Of a stretch of DNA of 44,308 nt, positions 1 to 8,885 are shown one piece after another (position 1 is the stretch's first letter; each line of letters starts with the position of its first letter). The stretch lies in sequence record DRR378314_2273; one strand, given 5' to 3'. A model generated the notes under the pieces. It made no database searches and had not been told where the DNA came from. It saw only the letters and a program-made list of their open reading frames with translations. The position numbers were made by a program, and so were the translations under genes.

Positions 1-27
1 AGGGTTCAAATCCCTATCTCTCCACCA
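1..27 (+). tRNA. 3' end of a tRNA, probably tRNA-Ser (truncated by window start)
   Basis: AGGG-TTCAAAT-CCCT T-arm, 3' acceptor strand TCTCTCC, discriminator A, encoded CCA at 25-27. Resembles serine tRNAs starting GGAGAGA. The anticodon is outside the window. Confidence 0.8.
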
Positions 28-32
28 TATAT

Positions 33-59
33 AAAAACCCGCTGTCAGCGGGTTTTTTT
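33..59 (+). terminator. Rho-independent terminator after the tRNA
   Basis: AAAAACCCGCT-gtc-AGCGGGTTTTTTT. Confidence 0.9.
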
Positions 60-157
60 ATGTCTTGTGAAAAATAATTACGACCATAGTCTCTGTTTCG
101 AAGTAGCAAAACATCATGCATGATTAACTTAAATACTTTTTATATCTAGGACGCTTA

Positions 158-553
158 ATGAAACATAGGCTTGCAAAGAGCGTTGCATTGTCGCTACTTT
201 CTCCCATTATCATCGGTAGTTTGTTAGGTGCTTATTACGCACTAACCTTAAATGGTGATTCGATCACAATCTTTTTTAATTTGCTCATGAGTGCAATTGC
301 CAATGCCCATATCGTCGGCTTAACGATGGCAGCATTTGTTGTACCTGGATATTTGTTGATGTTTAAATACGCCAAAGTGAATTATTCGGGTGTGCTTACA
401 CTCGGGTTACTCGGTGGCGCTATTTTTAGTTATTTGCTTAGTGCAACGCAAGGAATGGTCTTTTTAGTGAATACCTCAATGTCTGCTGTTGCCGCTGGTT
501 TATTTTTATATGGATTAAGAAAAGCAAGTTTAAAAAAGACTGAGCGCCAATAG
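158..553 (+). CDS. Hypothetical membrane protein (~4 TM helices)
   Basis: 131-aa ORF, AGGA SD upstream, four hydrophobic segments, basic C-terminal tail; no family recognised. Confidence 0.7.
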   Translation: MKHRLAKSVALSLLSPIIIGSLLGAYYALTLNGDSITIFFNLLMSAIANAHIVGLTMAAFVVPGYLLMFKYAKVNYSGVLTLGLLGGAIFSYLLSATQGMVFLVNTSMSAVAAGLFLYGLRKASLKKTERQ

Positions 554-678
554 TGGAAATAATAACCAAGCCTGCTGAAAATTAGCGTAAATTATCTTTT
601 TTTGACTTGAAAAGGTTTCAATTATTGGCCACAAAGAGTACCTTTAACTACTGTATGTTTGATAAGAAGTAGTTTGGT

Positions 679-1140
679 ATGCAAAAGCAAGAATTTTACC
701 AGTCATTAGTTAAACAAACTGAGTCGCTAATTACTGGTGAGACAAACATTATAGCTAATATGGCTAACATTAGTGCGTTACTTTTTACATCATTAGACGA
801 TGTAAATTGGGCGGGCTTTTATCTAATGGATTCTCCATCAGAATTAGTACTCGGTCCGTTCCAAGGCAATCCAGCGTGTATACGTATTCCTGTAGGAAAA
901 GGGGTCTGTGGAACAGCTGCTGCGACTGCAAAAACTCAACTTGTTGAAGATGTGCATGCATTTGCGGGTCATATAGCCTGTGATGCTGCTTCAAACTCTG
1001 AAATAGTAATACCGATCCTTAAAAACGGTAAAGTGTTTGCTGTTTTAGATATTGACAGCCCGAGTATTGCTCGCTTCAGTAGCGACGATCAAAAAGGTCT
1101 TGAAGCATTAGCTGCCTGTTTTGAGGCAACGCTTGCATGA
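679..1140 (+). CDS. msrC: GAF-domain free methionine-(R)-sulfoxide reductase
   Basis: NWAGFY, LGPFQG, ACIRIPVGKGVCG, HIACDAASNSE, LDIDS motifs with all three Cys; conserved position upstream of proQ-prc. Confidence 0.9.
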   Translation: MQKQEFYQSLVKQTESLITGETNIIANMANISALLFTSLDDVNWAGFYLMDSPSELVLGPFQGNPACIRIPVGKGVCGTAAATAKTQLVEDVHAFAGHIACDAASNSEIVIPILKNGKVFAVLDIDSPSIARFSSDDQKGLEALAACFEATLA

Positions 1141-1415
1141 AAGACTTATTAAATGTACAGGATTATCTGTTTGCCATTGCTGATGTTGGTGATTGGGAAG
1201 GGGATGAAGAACACGTAGCGGAAACGCTAAACGATTTGATTCATATTGCTTGGGAACGTCTTCCAGATGACCTTGAATGTGAATTAATCGATGAAATTAT
1301 TAATGGTATTTGGGAACACCTTCGTGGCGATATGGCGCTGGTTGAGGCTGAGTTCGAAGAGTTGACCGACTGGGTAACACACTATGTCGATTCGTCAATT
1401 GACGAAAAGATGTAA
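1137..1415 (+). CDS. Small highly acidic hypothetical protein
   Basis: 92 aa; ATGA overlap with msrC stop; GAGG SD; 27 D/E vs 4 K/R. Confidence 0.75.
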   Translation: MKDLLNVQDYLFAIADVGDWEGDEEHVAETLNDLIHIAWERLPDDLECELIDEIINGIWEHLRGDMALVEAEFEELTDWVTHYVDSSIDEKM

Positions 1416-1429
1416 CAAAAGGTTCTAAA

Positions 1430-2080
1430 ATGGAAACCACAAACAAGCTAAAAGATATCAATGAAGTACTGGATTTTTTATACCAAGAATTTCCAGAATG
1501 TTTTAAACAAAAAGACGGCATCAAACCGCTTAAAGTAGGTATCTTTAAAGATATTGCTGAGCGTATTGAAGGATCTGAGAAAGTAAGTAAAACTCAGGTA
1601 CGTCAAGCTTTAAGAAAATACACATCAAACTGGCGTTATTTAGAAGCCGTTACTAAGTCTGAATTTCGTATTGATTTAGATGGGAATCAGGGTGAAAAAG
1701 TAGAGCAAGAGCACATTGATCATGCTCAAAAAGCGCTTGAAGAAAGCCGTGCTAAAATGGCAAAACGCAAAAAAGCACAGCGTCCTCGTAATGATTCAGA
1801 CACAAAATCTTACAAAAAGAAACCGGGTCAGTTCGCCAAAAATGGTGAGAAAAACGCTAAGGTTAACAATACTAATGCTAAAGCAGCACCTGCTAAGCGT
1901 TCAGGTAAAATTGAACCTTTACCATCAAGTGAGGTCAAGGTTAATAACAAGGTTAAAGTTAAACTTGGCCAAGCACTTGTAAATGCGACTATCACTGAAG
2001 TGAACAAAGATGATGTTCATGTTGAGTTAGTAACAGGCATGCAAGTTAAAACAAAAGCAGACAGCCTTTACATAGTTTAA
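1430..2080 (+). CDS. proQ: RNA chaperone ProQ
   Basis: FinO domain (FPECF, KPLKVGIFKDI, LRKYTSNWRYL, RIDLDG), basic linker, C-terminal Tudor-like domain; upstream of prc. Confidence 0.95.
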   Translation: METTNKLKDINEVLDFLYQEFPECFKQKDGIKPLKVGIFKDIAERIEGSEKVSKTQVRQALRKYTSNWRYLEAVTKSEFRIDLDGNQGEKVEQEHIDHAQKALEESRAKMAKRKKAQRPRNDSDTKSYKKKPGQFAKNGEKNAKVNNTNAKAAPAKRSGKIEPLPSSEVKVNNKVKVKLGQALVNATITEVNKDDVHVELVTGMQVKTKADSLYIV

Positions 2081-2106
2081 GCTGTATATAAATTAAGGAG
2101 TTGTGT

Positions 2107-4140
2107 ATGAGTCAAAAGTTTACGCTCATTCCGTTAGTCGCGGCCCTATATTCAGGGTCTTTATTTGCATCGACAGACGTTGTTGATGTTTTGACAGTAA
2201 AAGACTTGCCTGTATTGGAGCAAGAAAGTCAGCATAGTACGGCTAGCAAACGGGTGGCGAACTTATTTACTCGTGCACACTACAAACCTATTCGTTTTAA
2301 TGACGTGCTTTCTGGTAAAGTATTTGATCGTTATATCGAATCCCTTGATTTTAATAAAAGCGTCTTTTTGGCTGCGGATGTTGCGTCCTTTGAGCAATAC
2401 CGCAACCAATTTGATAATGCATTGACGACTGGCAAGCTTGATTTTACGTTTGATATATTCAATTTGAGTATGAAAAGACGGTTCGAGCGATATGATTATT
2501 CATTAAAATTGCTAGAAACTGAAATGACGTTTGATAAAGACGATGAATATTATTTTGATCGTGAAGATGCACAATGGGCATCATCTCAAGCCGAGCTTGA
2601 TGAGCTGTGGCGAGAGCGTGTTAAATATGATGCGTTACGATTAAAAATGACAGGTAAAGATTGGCCCGGTATTAAAAAAGTACTTACCAAGCGATACCAA
2701 AACGCACAAAAACGTTTAGTACAAACTAAAAGCGAAGATGCGTTCCAAATTGTTATGAATTCATTCGCTAGAAGTATCGAGGCTCACACTTCTTACCTTT
2801 CACCGCGTCGAGCTGAACAGTTTAAAATGGACATGGATCTCGAATTAGAAGGGATTGGTGCTGTTTTAGGCTACGATGAAGATTATACTGTGATCCGTAG
2901 TTTAGTACCTGGTGGTCCAGCGGACAAATCAGAACAAATTAAGTCGGATGACCGTATCATTGGTGTAGCGCAAGATGGTGAAGAGTTTGTTGATATTATT
3001 GGTTGGCGTTTAGATGATGTAGTTGACCTAATCAAAGGCCCTAAAGGTACCAAAGTTCGCTTACAATATCTTAAAGGCGCTGATACACACGGTACACCTA
3101 AAGTCGTTGAGATCATTCGTGATAAAATTAGGTTAGAAGATCGTGCTGCCAAATCGGAAGTATTCGAAGCTAAATACTCTGATCTAACCAGTAAAATTGG
3201 TGTAATTGAAATTCCTGGTTTCTATAATAATTTATCGAAAGATGTCAAAGTTGAGCTCGCGAAATTAAAAGAAGCTAAAGTTGACGGCATTATTATAGAC
3301 CTTAGACAAAATGGCGGCGGTTCGTTATACGAAGCAACGCAACTTTCAGGGCTGTTTTTTGATCAAGGTCCTGTGGTACAAATTCACACACTTAACAACC
3401 GAATTGAAGAACAAAAAGACAGGGATGGTATAACGTTTTACGATGGCCCATTAACTGTTTTAGTTGACCGTTACAGTGCGTCAGCCTCTGAAATTTTTGC
3501 CGCTGCTATGCAAGATTATGGTCGAGCGATTGTGATAGGCGAGCAAACCTTTGGTAAAGGGACTGTTCAGCAGCATAAAGGTTTAGGCCGCGCTTATGAT
3601 TTATATGATAATCCTTTAGGTAGCGTACAATATACCATTGCTAAATTTTACCGCATCAATGGTGGCAGCACTCAGCATAAAGGTGTGATCCCGGATATTT
3701 CATTCCCGTCAGCAATAGACCCGGCAGAGTGGGGTGAAAGCCAAGAAGATAATGCATTACCGTGGGATAGTATTATCAGAGCAAAATATAATTCTGTTGA
3801 TAATTTAAAATCTGCTATTAACCATGTATCGCAGCAACACACTGATAGAATTAAGAAAGAGCCTGAATTTGGTTATGTGTTTGAAGACATTGCTAGGTAT
3901 AACGAAGAAAAAGATCGTAAAACAATTTCTTTAGTTGAAGCAAACCGCATTAAAGAAAAAGAGCAGAATGACGCACTAGCACTTAAGCGTACAAATGAGC
4001 GCTTAGTTCGTCTTGGTGAACAGCCAGTGAAAGACTTAGAAGATGTTCCTGACGTTCTTGATGATTTAGACCCATTTCTTGAAGAAGCGGCATTAATCAC
4101 ACAAGATTACATAAAGTTTGGACGTATTGCTAAGAAATAG
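2107..4140 (+). CDS. prc: Tail-specific (carboxy-terminal processing) protease, S41
   Basis: Signal peptide, PDZ (LEGIGAVL), DLRQNGGG, SASASEIFA, TFGKGTVQ; ATG at 2107 follows AAGGAG. Confidence 0.95.
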   Translation: MSQKFTLIPLVAALYSGSLFASTDVVDVLTVKDLPVLEQESQHSTASKRVANLFTRAHYKPIRFNDVLSGKVFDRYIESLDFNKSVFLAADVASFEQYRNQFDNALTTGKLDFTFDIFNLSMKRRFERYDYSLKLLETEMTFDKDDEYYFDREDAQWASSQAELDELWRERVKYDALRLKMTGKDWPGIKKVLTKRYQNAQKRLVQTKSEDAFQIVMNSFARSIEAHTSYLSPRRAEQFKMDMDLELEGIGAVLGYDEDYTVIRSLVPGGPADKSEQIKSDDRIIGVAQDGEEFVDIIGWRLDDVVDLIKGPKGTKVRLQYLKGADTHGTPKVVEIIRDKIRLEDRAAKSEVFEAKYSDLTSKIGVIEIPGFYNNLSKDVKVELAKLKEAKVDGIIIDLRQNGGGSLYEATQLSGLFFDQGPVVQIHTLNNRIEEQKDRDGITFYDGPLTVLVDRYSASASEIFAAAMQDYGRAIVIGEQTFGKGTVQQHKGLGRAYDLYDNPLGSVQYTIAKFYRINGGSTQHKGVIPDISFPSAIDPAEWGESQEDNALPWDSIIRAKYNSVDNLKSAINHVSQQHTDRIKKEPEFGYVFEDIARYNEEKDRKTISLVEANRIKEKEQNDALALKRTNERLVRLGEQPVKDLEDVPDVLDDLDPFLEEAALITQDYIKFGRIAKK

Positions 4141-4157
4141 TAACGATTTAAAACTAC

Positions 4158-4183
4158 AAAAAAGGCGCTTAAGCGCCTTTTTT
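4158..4183 (+). terminator. Rho-independent terminator (perfect palindrome, bidirectional)
   Basis: AAAAAAGGCGCTTAAGCGCCTTTTTT. Confidence 0.9.
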
Positions 4184-4204
4184 GCTGCCTAAAGCATATG
4201 AAAT

Positions 4205-4213
4205 TGATATAAT
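4205..4213 (+). promoter_or_regulatory. Extended -10 sigma70 promoter for nhaC-pepN
   Basis: TGaTATAAT downstream of the prc terminator. Confidence 0.6.
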
Positions 4214-4313
4214 CGATGATTAAACCCAGAACGAGATGATGTATTATTGTATCGTTTCTGTGCTAAAAAATAATAATTAAGCGTGTAGACAACAACACGT
4301 GGGAGTTTCAATT

Positions 4314-5777
4314 TTGAATCCAGTAGAAGAAAAACCAATCAACAAAGCGAGTTTTTTTGACGCGCTAATACCTATTTCTGTGCTCATCTGTTTATTAGGT
4401 GCTGCCGTTTATTTATTCGGTGATAGTTCATCATCAGGCCCAAATCAAATTGCATTGTTATTTGCAACGTTTACAGCGGCTTTAATTGGGCTAAAAAATG
4501 GCTACACATGGAAGAAGTTAGAAGATGCCATGATCGAAGGGATTACTTTGTCGTTAGGTGCGATTTTAATATTACTCATGGTTGGAGCCTTAATCGGTAC
4601 GTGGTTGCTTTCAGGCACCGTGCCAACTTTGATTTATTACGGATTGCAGGTTATTGATCCTAGTTGGTTCTATGCCGCAAGTTGCTTAATATGTGGCATA
4701 GTTGCTATGAGTATTGGTAGTTCATGGACTACAGCTGCGACCATCGGTACTGCACTTCTTGGTGTTGCTACAGGTTTAGGCCTAGACTCGGTGGTTACTG
4801 CGGGCGCTGTTATATCAGGAGCCTATTTTGGTGATAAGTTAAGTCCTCTTTCAGAAACCACTAACTTAGCTCCAGCTGTTGTTGGGGCTGATTTGTTTGA
4901 ACATATACATCATATGCTTTGGACAACTGTTCCGAGCTTTATTATTGCTTTGATTATTTTTATTGTAATGGGATTTAATGCTAGTGCAGCAAATGAAGCT
5001 GGGCGTATTGATGAAATTACGCTTATTCTAGAACAGAATTTTAATATTGGTTTAGAAATGCTGGTTCCTTTGATTGTGCTACTTGTTTTAGCCATTAGAA
5101 AAATGCCGGCATTCCCTGCAATCTCGATAGGCGCCGTTATTGGTGCTGTTTGGGCAATGCTATTTCAATCGGACTTAATAGCGAGCCAAATTGACGTTTC
5201 TCAAGGGCAGTTAGTTGGTTATTTTAAACTTATCTGGGCCACTTTTTTCGACGGGTTTAATATAATCACTGGTGATGAAAAAATGGATTCACTACTAAGT
5301 GGTGGTGGCATGGCAGGCATGTTAACTACAACTTGGTTGATCATGACTGCTTTGATGTTTGGCGCGATTATGGAAAAAACAGGTTTATTAGATATATTTG
5401 TTAAAAGTATCTTAAAAATAGCTAAAAGCACGGGTTCATTAATTACAGCGACGATTGCTACTTGTATAGGTACTAATGTGATTGCTGCTGATCAATATAT
5501 TGCTATTGTTGTACCTGGTCGTATGTACAAAGATGAATACGAAAAGCGCGGTTTGAAGCCTGTTAACTTATCAAGAACGTTAGAAGATGGCGGTACTATT
5601 ACCAGCCCACTAATCCCTTGGAATACGTGTGGTGCATATATGCAAAGTGTTTTACACGTAAACCCGTTAGATTACCTTTTCTATGCTTTCTTCAATTTAA
5701 TAAATCCATTTTTGGCCGTAGTTTATGCTTATCTAGGCATTAAAATTTTACGCATAAAGCCAAAGCAACACGCATAA
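4314..5777 (+). CDS. nhaC: NhaC-family Na+/H+ antiporter-like transporter (substrate uncertain)
   Basis: GSSWTT, SGAYFGDKLSPLSETTNLA, LSRTLEDGGT, LIPWNTCG motifs; TTG at 4314 has a GGAG SD 8 nt upstream (GTG at 4299 is the alternative start). Confidence 0.88.
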   Translation: MNPVEEKPINKASFFDALIPISVLICLLGAAVYLFGDSSSSGPNQIALLFATFTAALIGLKNGYTWKKLEDAMIEGITLSLGAILILLMVGALIGTWLLSGTVPTLIYYGLQVIDPSWFYAASCLICGIVAMSIGSSWTTAATIGTALLGVATGLGLDSVVTAGAVISGAYFGDKLSPLSETTNLAPAVVGADLFEHIHHMLWTTVPSFIIALIIFIVMGFNASAANEAGRIDEITLILEQNFNIGLEMLVPLIVLLVLAIRKMPAFPAISIGAVIGAVWAMLFQSDLIASQIDVSQGQLVGYFKLIWATFFDGFNIITGDEKMDSLLSGGGMAGMLTTTWLIMTALMFGAIMEKTGLLDIFVKSILKIAKSTGSLITATIATCIGTNVIAADQYIAIVVPGRMYKDEYEKRGLKPVNLSRTLEDGGTITSPLIPWNTCGAYMQSVLHVNPLDYLFYAFFNLINPFLAVVYAYLGIKILRIKPKQHA

Positions 5778-5822
5778 AATAAATGCTCCTCCAAAGAGGA
5801 GGAGCAAATTTGGAGTTACCCT

Positions 5823-8417
5823 ATGACTGCAATTAAAAAGCCTAAAGCGCAATATCTTAAAGACTATAAAGCCCCTGAATTTAAAATTGAACATGTTGAT
5901 TTAACCTTTGAATTAAAACCATTAAACACGCGTGTTAGTGCTGTTTTACAATTAGAAAGAACAGATAAATCAGATGCAGACTTAATCTTGGATGGGGTGG
6001 ATTTAACACTTATCTCAGTAGAGTTAAACGGCTCAAAGTATGCTGATTATCAAGTAGAAAAAGAACAATTAATTGTAAAGAACTTACCTCTTAGCTGCCA
6101 GCTACGTATTGTTACTGAGACGTCTCCTGATACCAACTCTTCATTAGAGGGTCTATACCTTTCAGGTGGAGCCTATTGTACCCAGTGCGAAGCACAAGGT
6201 TTTAGAAAGATTACCTACTTTTTAGATAGACCCGATGTTCTTGCGAGCTTTGATGTAACAATAATAGCAGAGCAAAAATATGAGCACTTATTATCAAACG
6301 GTAATAAGATTGCTGAAGGTCAATTGGATAATGGGCTTCATTTTGCTAAATGGCAGGATCCATTTAAAAAACCGAGTTACCTATTTGCACTTGTAGCAGG
6401 CAGTTTTGATGTACTAACAGATAAGTACATTACTAAAAGTGGTCGCAGTGTGGATCTGGCATTATTTGTTGATAAAGGAAATTTATCTAAAACACCGCAT
6501 GCTATAGCCTCTTTAAAGAAATCAATGCAGTGGGATGAAGAACGCTTCAACCTTGAATATGACCTTGATATATATATGATTGTTGCTGTTGATTTTTTCA
6601 ATATGGGTGCAATGGAAAATAAAGGGTTAAATATTTTTAACTCTAAATGTGTTTTAGCAAATCAAGAAACTGCAACAGATAAAGACTACCACACGATTGA
6701 ATCGATTGTAGGACATGAATACTTCCATAATTGGACTGGTAATCGTGTTACTTGCCGTGACTGGTTTCAGCTCTCATTAAAAGAAGGGCTGACTGTGTTT
6801 CGTGATCAGGAGTTTAGCAGTGACTTAGGTTCGCGAGCGCTCAACCGTATTGATGCGGTAAAAGTGATGCGTACACATCAATTTAGTGAAGATGCAGGCC
6901 CAATGTCACATGCAATTAGGCCAGAAAAAGTTATTGAAATGAATAACTTTTATACTGTAACTGTGTATGACAAAGGTGCAGAAGTTATTCGTATGATGCA
7001 TACCCTTTTGGGTGAGCAGAAATTTCAACAAGGTATGACACTTTATTTTGAGCGTCATGATGGTCAAGCTGTGACCTGTGATGACTTTGTCTGCGCAATG
7101 AGTGATGCATCAGGCATTGATCTTACTCAGTTTAAATATTGGTATAGCCAACCAGGCACACCAAGGTTGTCTGTTAAGCAATCGTTTGACGAAAACAGCG
7201 GAACATTAAAAGTAGCGATTGAGCAACATCCTCCAAGTAATTATCCTGCGCATAAACCTCTGCATATTCCGTTTGCAATAGAACTGCTCGATGAGAATGG
7301 TAGGAGTCTGGATTTAAAATATCAGAATGTCTGCATTGATTCAGTATTGAATGTGACAGAAACATATCAGGAATTTAACTTTGATGGCCTTACAAAACAG
7401 CCTGTTGCTGTGCTACTAGAAGACTTCTCAGCACCATGCATTCTTGATCATGAAATTAACGAAAGCCAACTTTTGCATATTATGCGCTATGCTCGTAGTG
7501 ATTTTTCTCGTTGGGATGCTCAGCAAACCTTGTTCATAAATGCTGTAAAAAATGCCATTATAGAATCTGAAAATGCTGTACTTAGTGACGCTGTAATAAA
7601 TACTCTGTCTGAGCTTGTATCAGATAGAACTGGCGATCTTGCACTGACCGCAGAGCTATTGAAACTTCCAACGTTCGATACACTCGCAGCTGAGTTTGAA
7701 GTTATACCCGTAGATGAGATTGTTGATGTTGTCGCATGTTTTGAACAACAAATTGCACAACAACTCTACCATCCAATTTTGTCATGCTATAACAGCCTCG
7801 TTGATGATGGTTCGCTTAATGCCAGTGCAGTTGCAATACGTGCTTTAAAAGGACAATGCTTACATTATCTAGCTAAGCTTGAAACTAATGATGTAGCAGC
7901 ATGCTTAGCCCTTGGTGCAAAATCAACTAACATGACGAATGTGCTAGCGAGTCTGAGCGCCGTTGTTAAGGCTCAACATCCGTTGTGTGATGAGTTACTT
8001 GCTAGCTTTGACAGCCAATGGCGACATGATGTGCTTGTAATGGATAAATGGTTTGCTTTACAAGCGATGCAATCCAAAGAAGGGGCAATTGAGCATATAG
8101 AACGCTTATATGATCACCCATGCTTTGATTTTTCCAATCCAAATCGAGTTCGTGCACTTGTGGGTAGCTTTAGCCATTTTAATACTGCACAGTTCCACCG
8201 TGAAGATGGCACAGGGTATGCGCTTTTGGGTGATTTACTTATTAAGCTCAATTCAATCAATCCTCAAAATGCATCTCGTATGTTAACACCATTTATGTCG
8301 TGGAGACGCTATGACACTAATCGGGCCCAAGGAATGAAAGCTCAATTAATGCGGTTAGCGACCTTAGAAAATTTAAGTGATGACTTATTTGAAAAAGTAG
8401 AAAAAGCTTTAAAATGA
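5823..8417 (+). CDS. pepN: Aminopeptidase N (M1)
   Basis: GAMENKG, HEYFH...LKE zinc motif, YDKGAEV, NPNRVRAL. Confidence 0.97.
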   Translation: MTAIKKPKAQYLKDYKAPEFKIEHVDLTFELKPLNTRVSAVLQLERTDKSDADLILDGVDLTLISVELNGSKYADYQVEKEQLIVKNLPLSCQLRIVTETSPDTNSSLEGLYLSGGAYCTQCEAQGFRKITYFLDRPDVLASFDVTIIAEQKYEHLLSNGNKIAEGQLDNGLHFAKWQDPFKKPSYLFALVAGSFDVLTDKYITKSGRSVDLALFVDKGNLSKTPHAIASLKKSMQWDEERFNLEYDLDIYMIVAVDFFNMGAMENKGLNIFNSKCVLANQETATDKDYHTIESIVGHEYFHNWTGNRVTCRDWFQLSLKEGLTVFRDQEFSSDLGSRALNRIDAVKVMRTHQFSEDAGPMSHAIRPEKVIEMNNFYTVTVYDKGAEVIRMMHTLLGEQKFQQGMTLYFERHDGQAVTCDDFVCAMSDASGIDLTQFKYWYSQPGTPRLSVKQSFDENSGTLKVAIEQHPPSNYPAHKPLHIPFAIELLDENGRSLDLKYQNVCIDSVLNVTETYQEFNFDGLTKQPVAVLLEDFSAPCILDHEINESQLLHIMRYARSDFSRWDAQQTLFINAVKNAIIESENAVLSDAVINTLSELVSDRTGDLALTAELLKLPTFDTLAAEFEVIPVDEIVDVVACFEQQIAQQLYHPILSCYNSLVDDGSLNASAVAIRALKGQCLHYLAKLETNDVAACLALGAKSTNMTNVLASLSAVVKAQHPLCDELLASFDSQWRHDVLVMDKWFALQAMQSKEGAIEHIERLYDHPCFDFSNPNRVRALVGSFSHFNTAQFHREDGTGYALLGDLLIKLNSINPQNASRMLTPFMSWRRYDTNRAQGMKAQLMRLATLENLSDDLFEKVEKALK

Positions 8418-8420
8418 CTT

Positions 8421-8642
8421 ATGCGTGAGTATTACTTTTTTTTAAACCTGACTTACAACCAGTGCTTAGATTACTACGATGGTCAATATAGATCAGTCCA
8501 GGTTATTGAGGATGGGGGTAAAAAAGTTCGCTTTGATGCCCACCATTTACGTCCTTTTATTTCTTCTTTAGGAGTGAGAGGGCGCTTTCGTTTATTGTTA
8601 ACATTAGATAATAAGTTTATTCGCTTAGAGCGGGTTAGCTAA
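8421..8642 (+). CDS. DUF2835-like small protein
   Basis: 73 aa, YY.G....V.V...GKKVRF.A.HLRPF....GV.GRFRL pattern; 3 nt after pepN stop. Confidence 0.75.
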   Translation: MREYYFFLNLTYNQCLDYYDGQYRSVQVIEDGGKKVRFDAHHLRPFISSLGVRGRFRLLLTLDNKFIRLERVS

Positions 8643-8691
8643 GTATTTTCTAAAAAAATTAATATTTATATTGTATTTTTGTTAATTCAAT

Positions 8692-8720
8692 TTGTCCTAT
8701 TGTTAATTTACGTGTATAAA
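8692..8720 (+). promoter_or_regulatory. Predicted sigma70 promoter of the DUF1302 cluster
   Basis: TTGTCC (8692-8697) - 17 bp - TATAAA (8715-8720). Confidence 0.55.
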
Positions 8721-8722
8721 TT

Positions 8723-8746
8723 ATCTGGTAGGACGTCTTACCATTA
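8723..8746. promoter_or_regulatory. Palindromic GntR/FadR-type operator candidate
   Basis: TGGTAGGACGTCTTACCA (8726-8743) is palindromic with one mismatched pair; ATCTGGTAGGACGTCTT matches AACTGGTCnGACCAGTT at 11/16; overlaps the predicted +1. Confidence 0.5.
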
Positions 8747-8885
8747 CGTAAACGCTAATTAAATTGTAAATTTATAGTCGTTTGAACGCGTTCTGTTTGT
8801 AATTTTTATGTTTCGGTTCTATCGTTACTACTACACTAAAAACAACAACTTGATCACAAAATGCCCGCGACAAGGGGAACACACA

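Noticed and set aside
649-668. LexA-box-like TACTGTATGTTTGATAAG upstream of msrC (similar CTGTATATAAATTAAG at 2082-2097)
   Set aside because: The right half lacks the required CAG at the CTG-N10-CAG spacing.
1-700. Possible genomic island at the tRNA 3' end
   Set aside because: No integrase, no repeat of the tRNA end seen in the window, and core genes follow almost immediately.
8808-8885. Longer N-terminus for DUF1302 given by the ORF track (likewise 10882, 37231, 40969)
   Set aside because: Downstream ATGs have better SD or context and put the signal peptide or anchor at the N-terminus.
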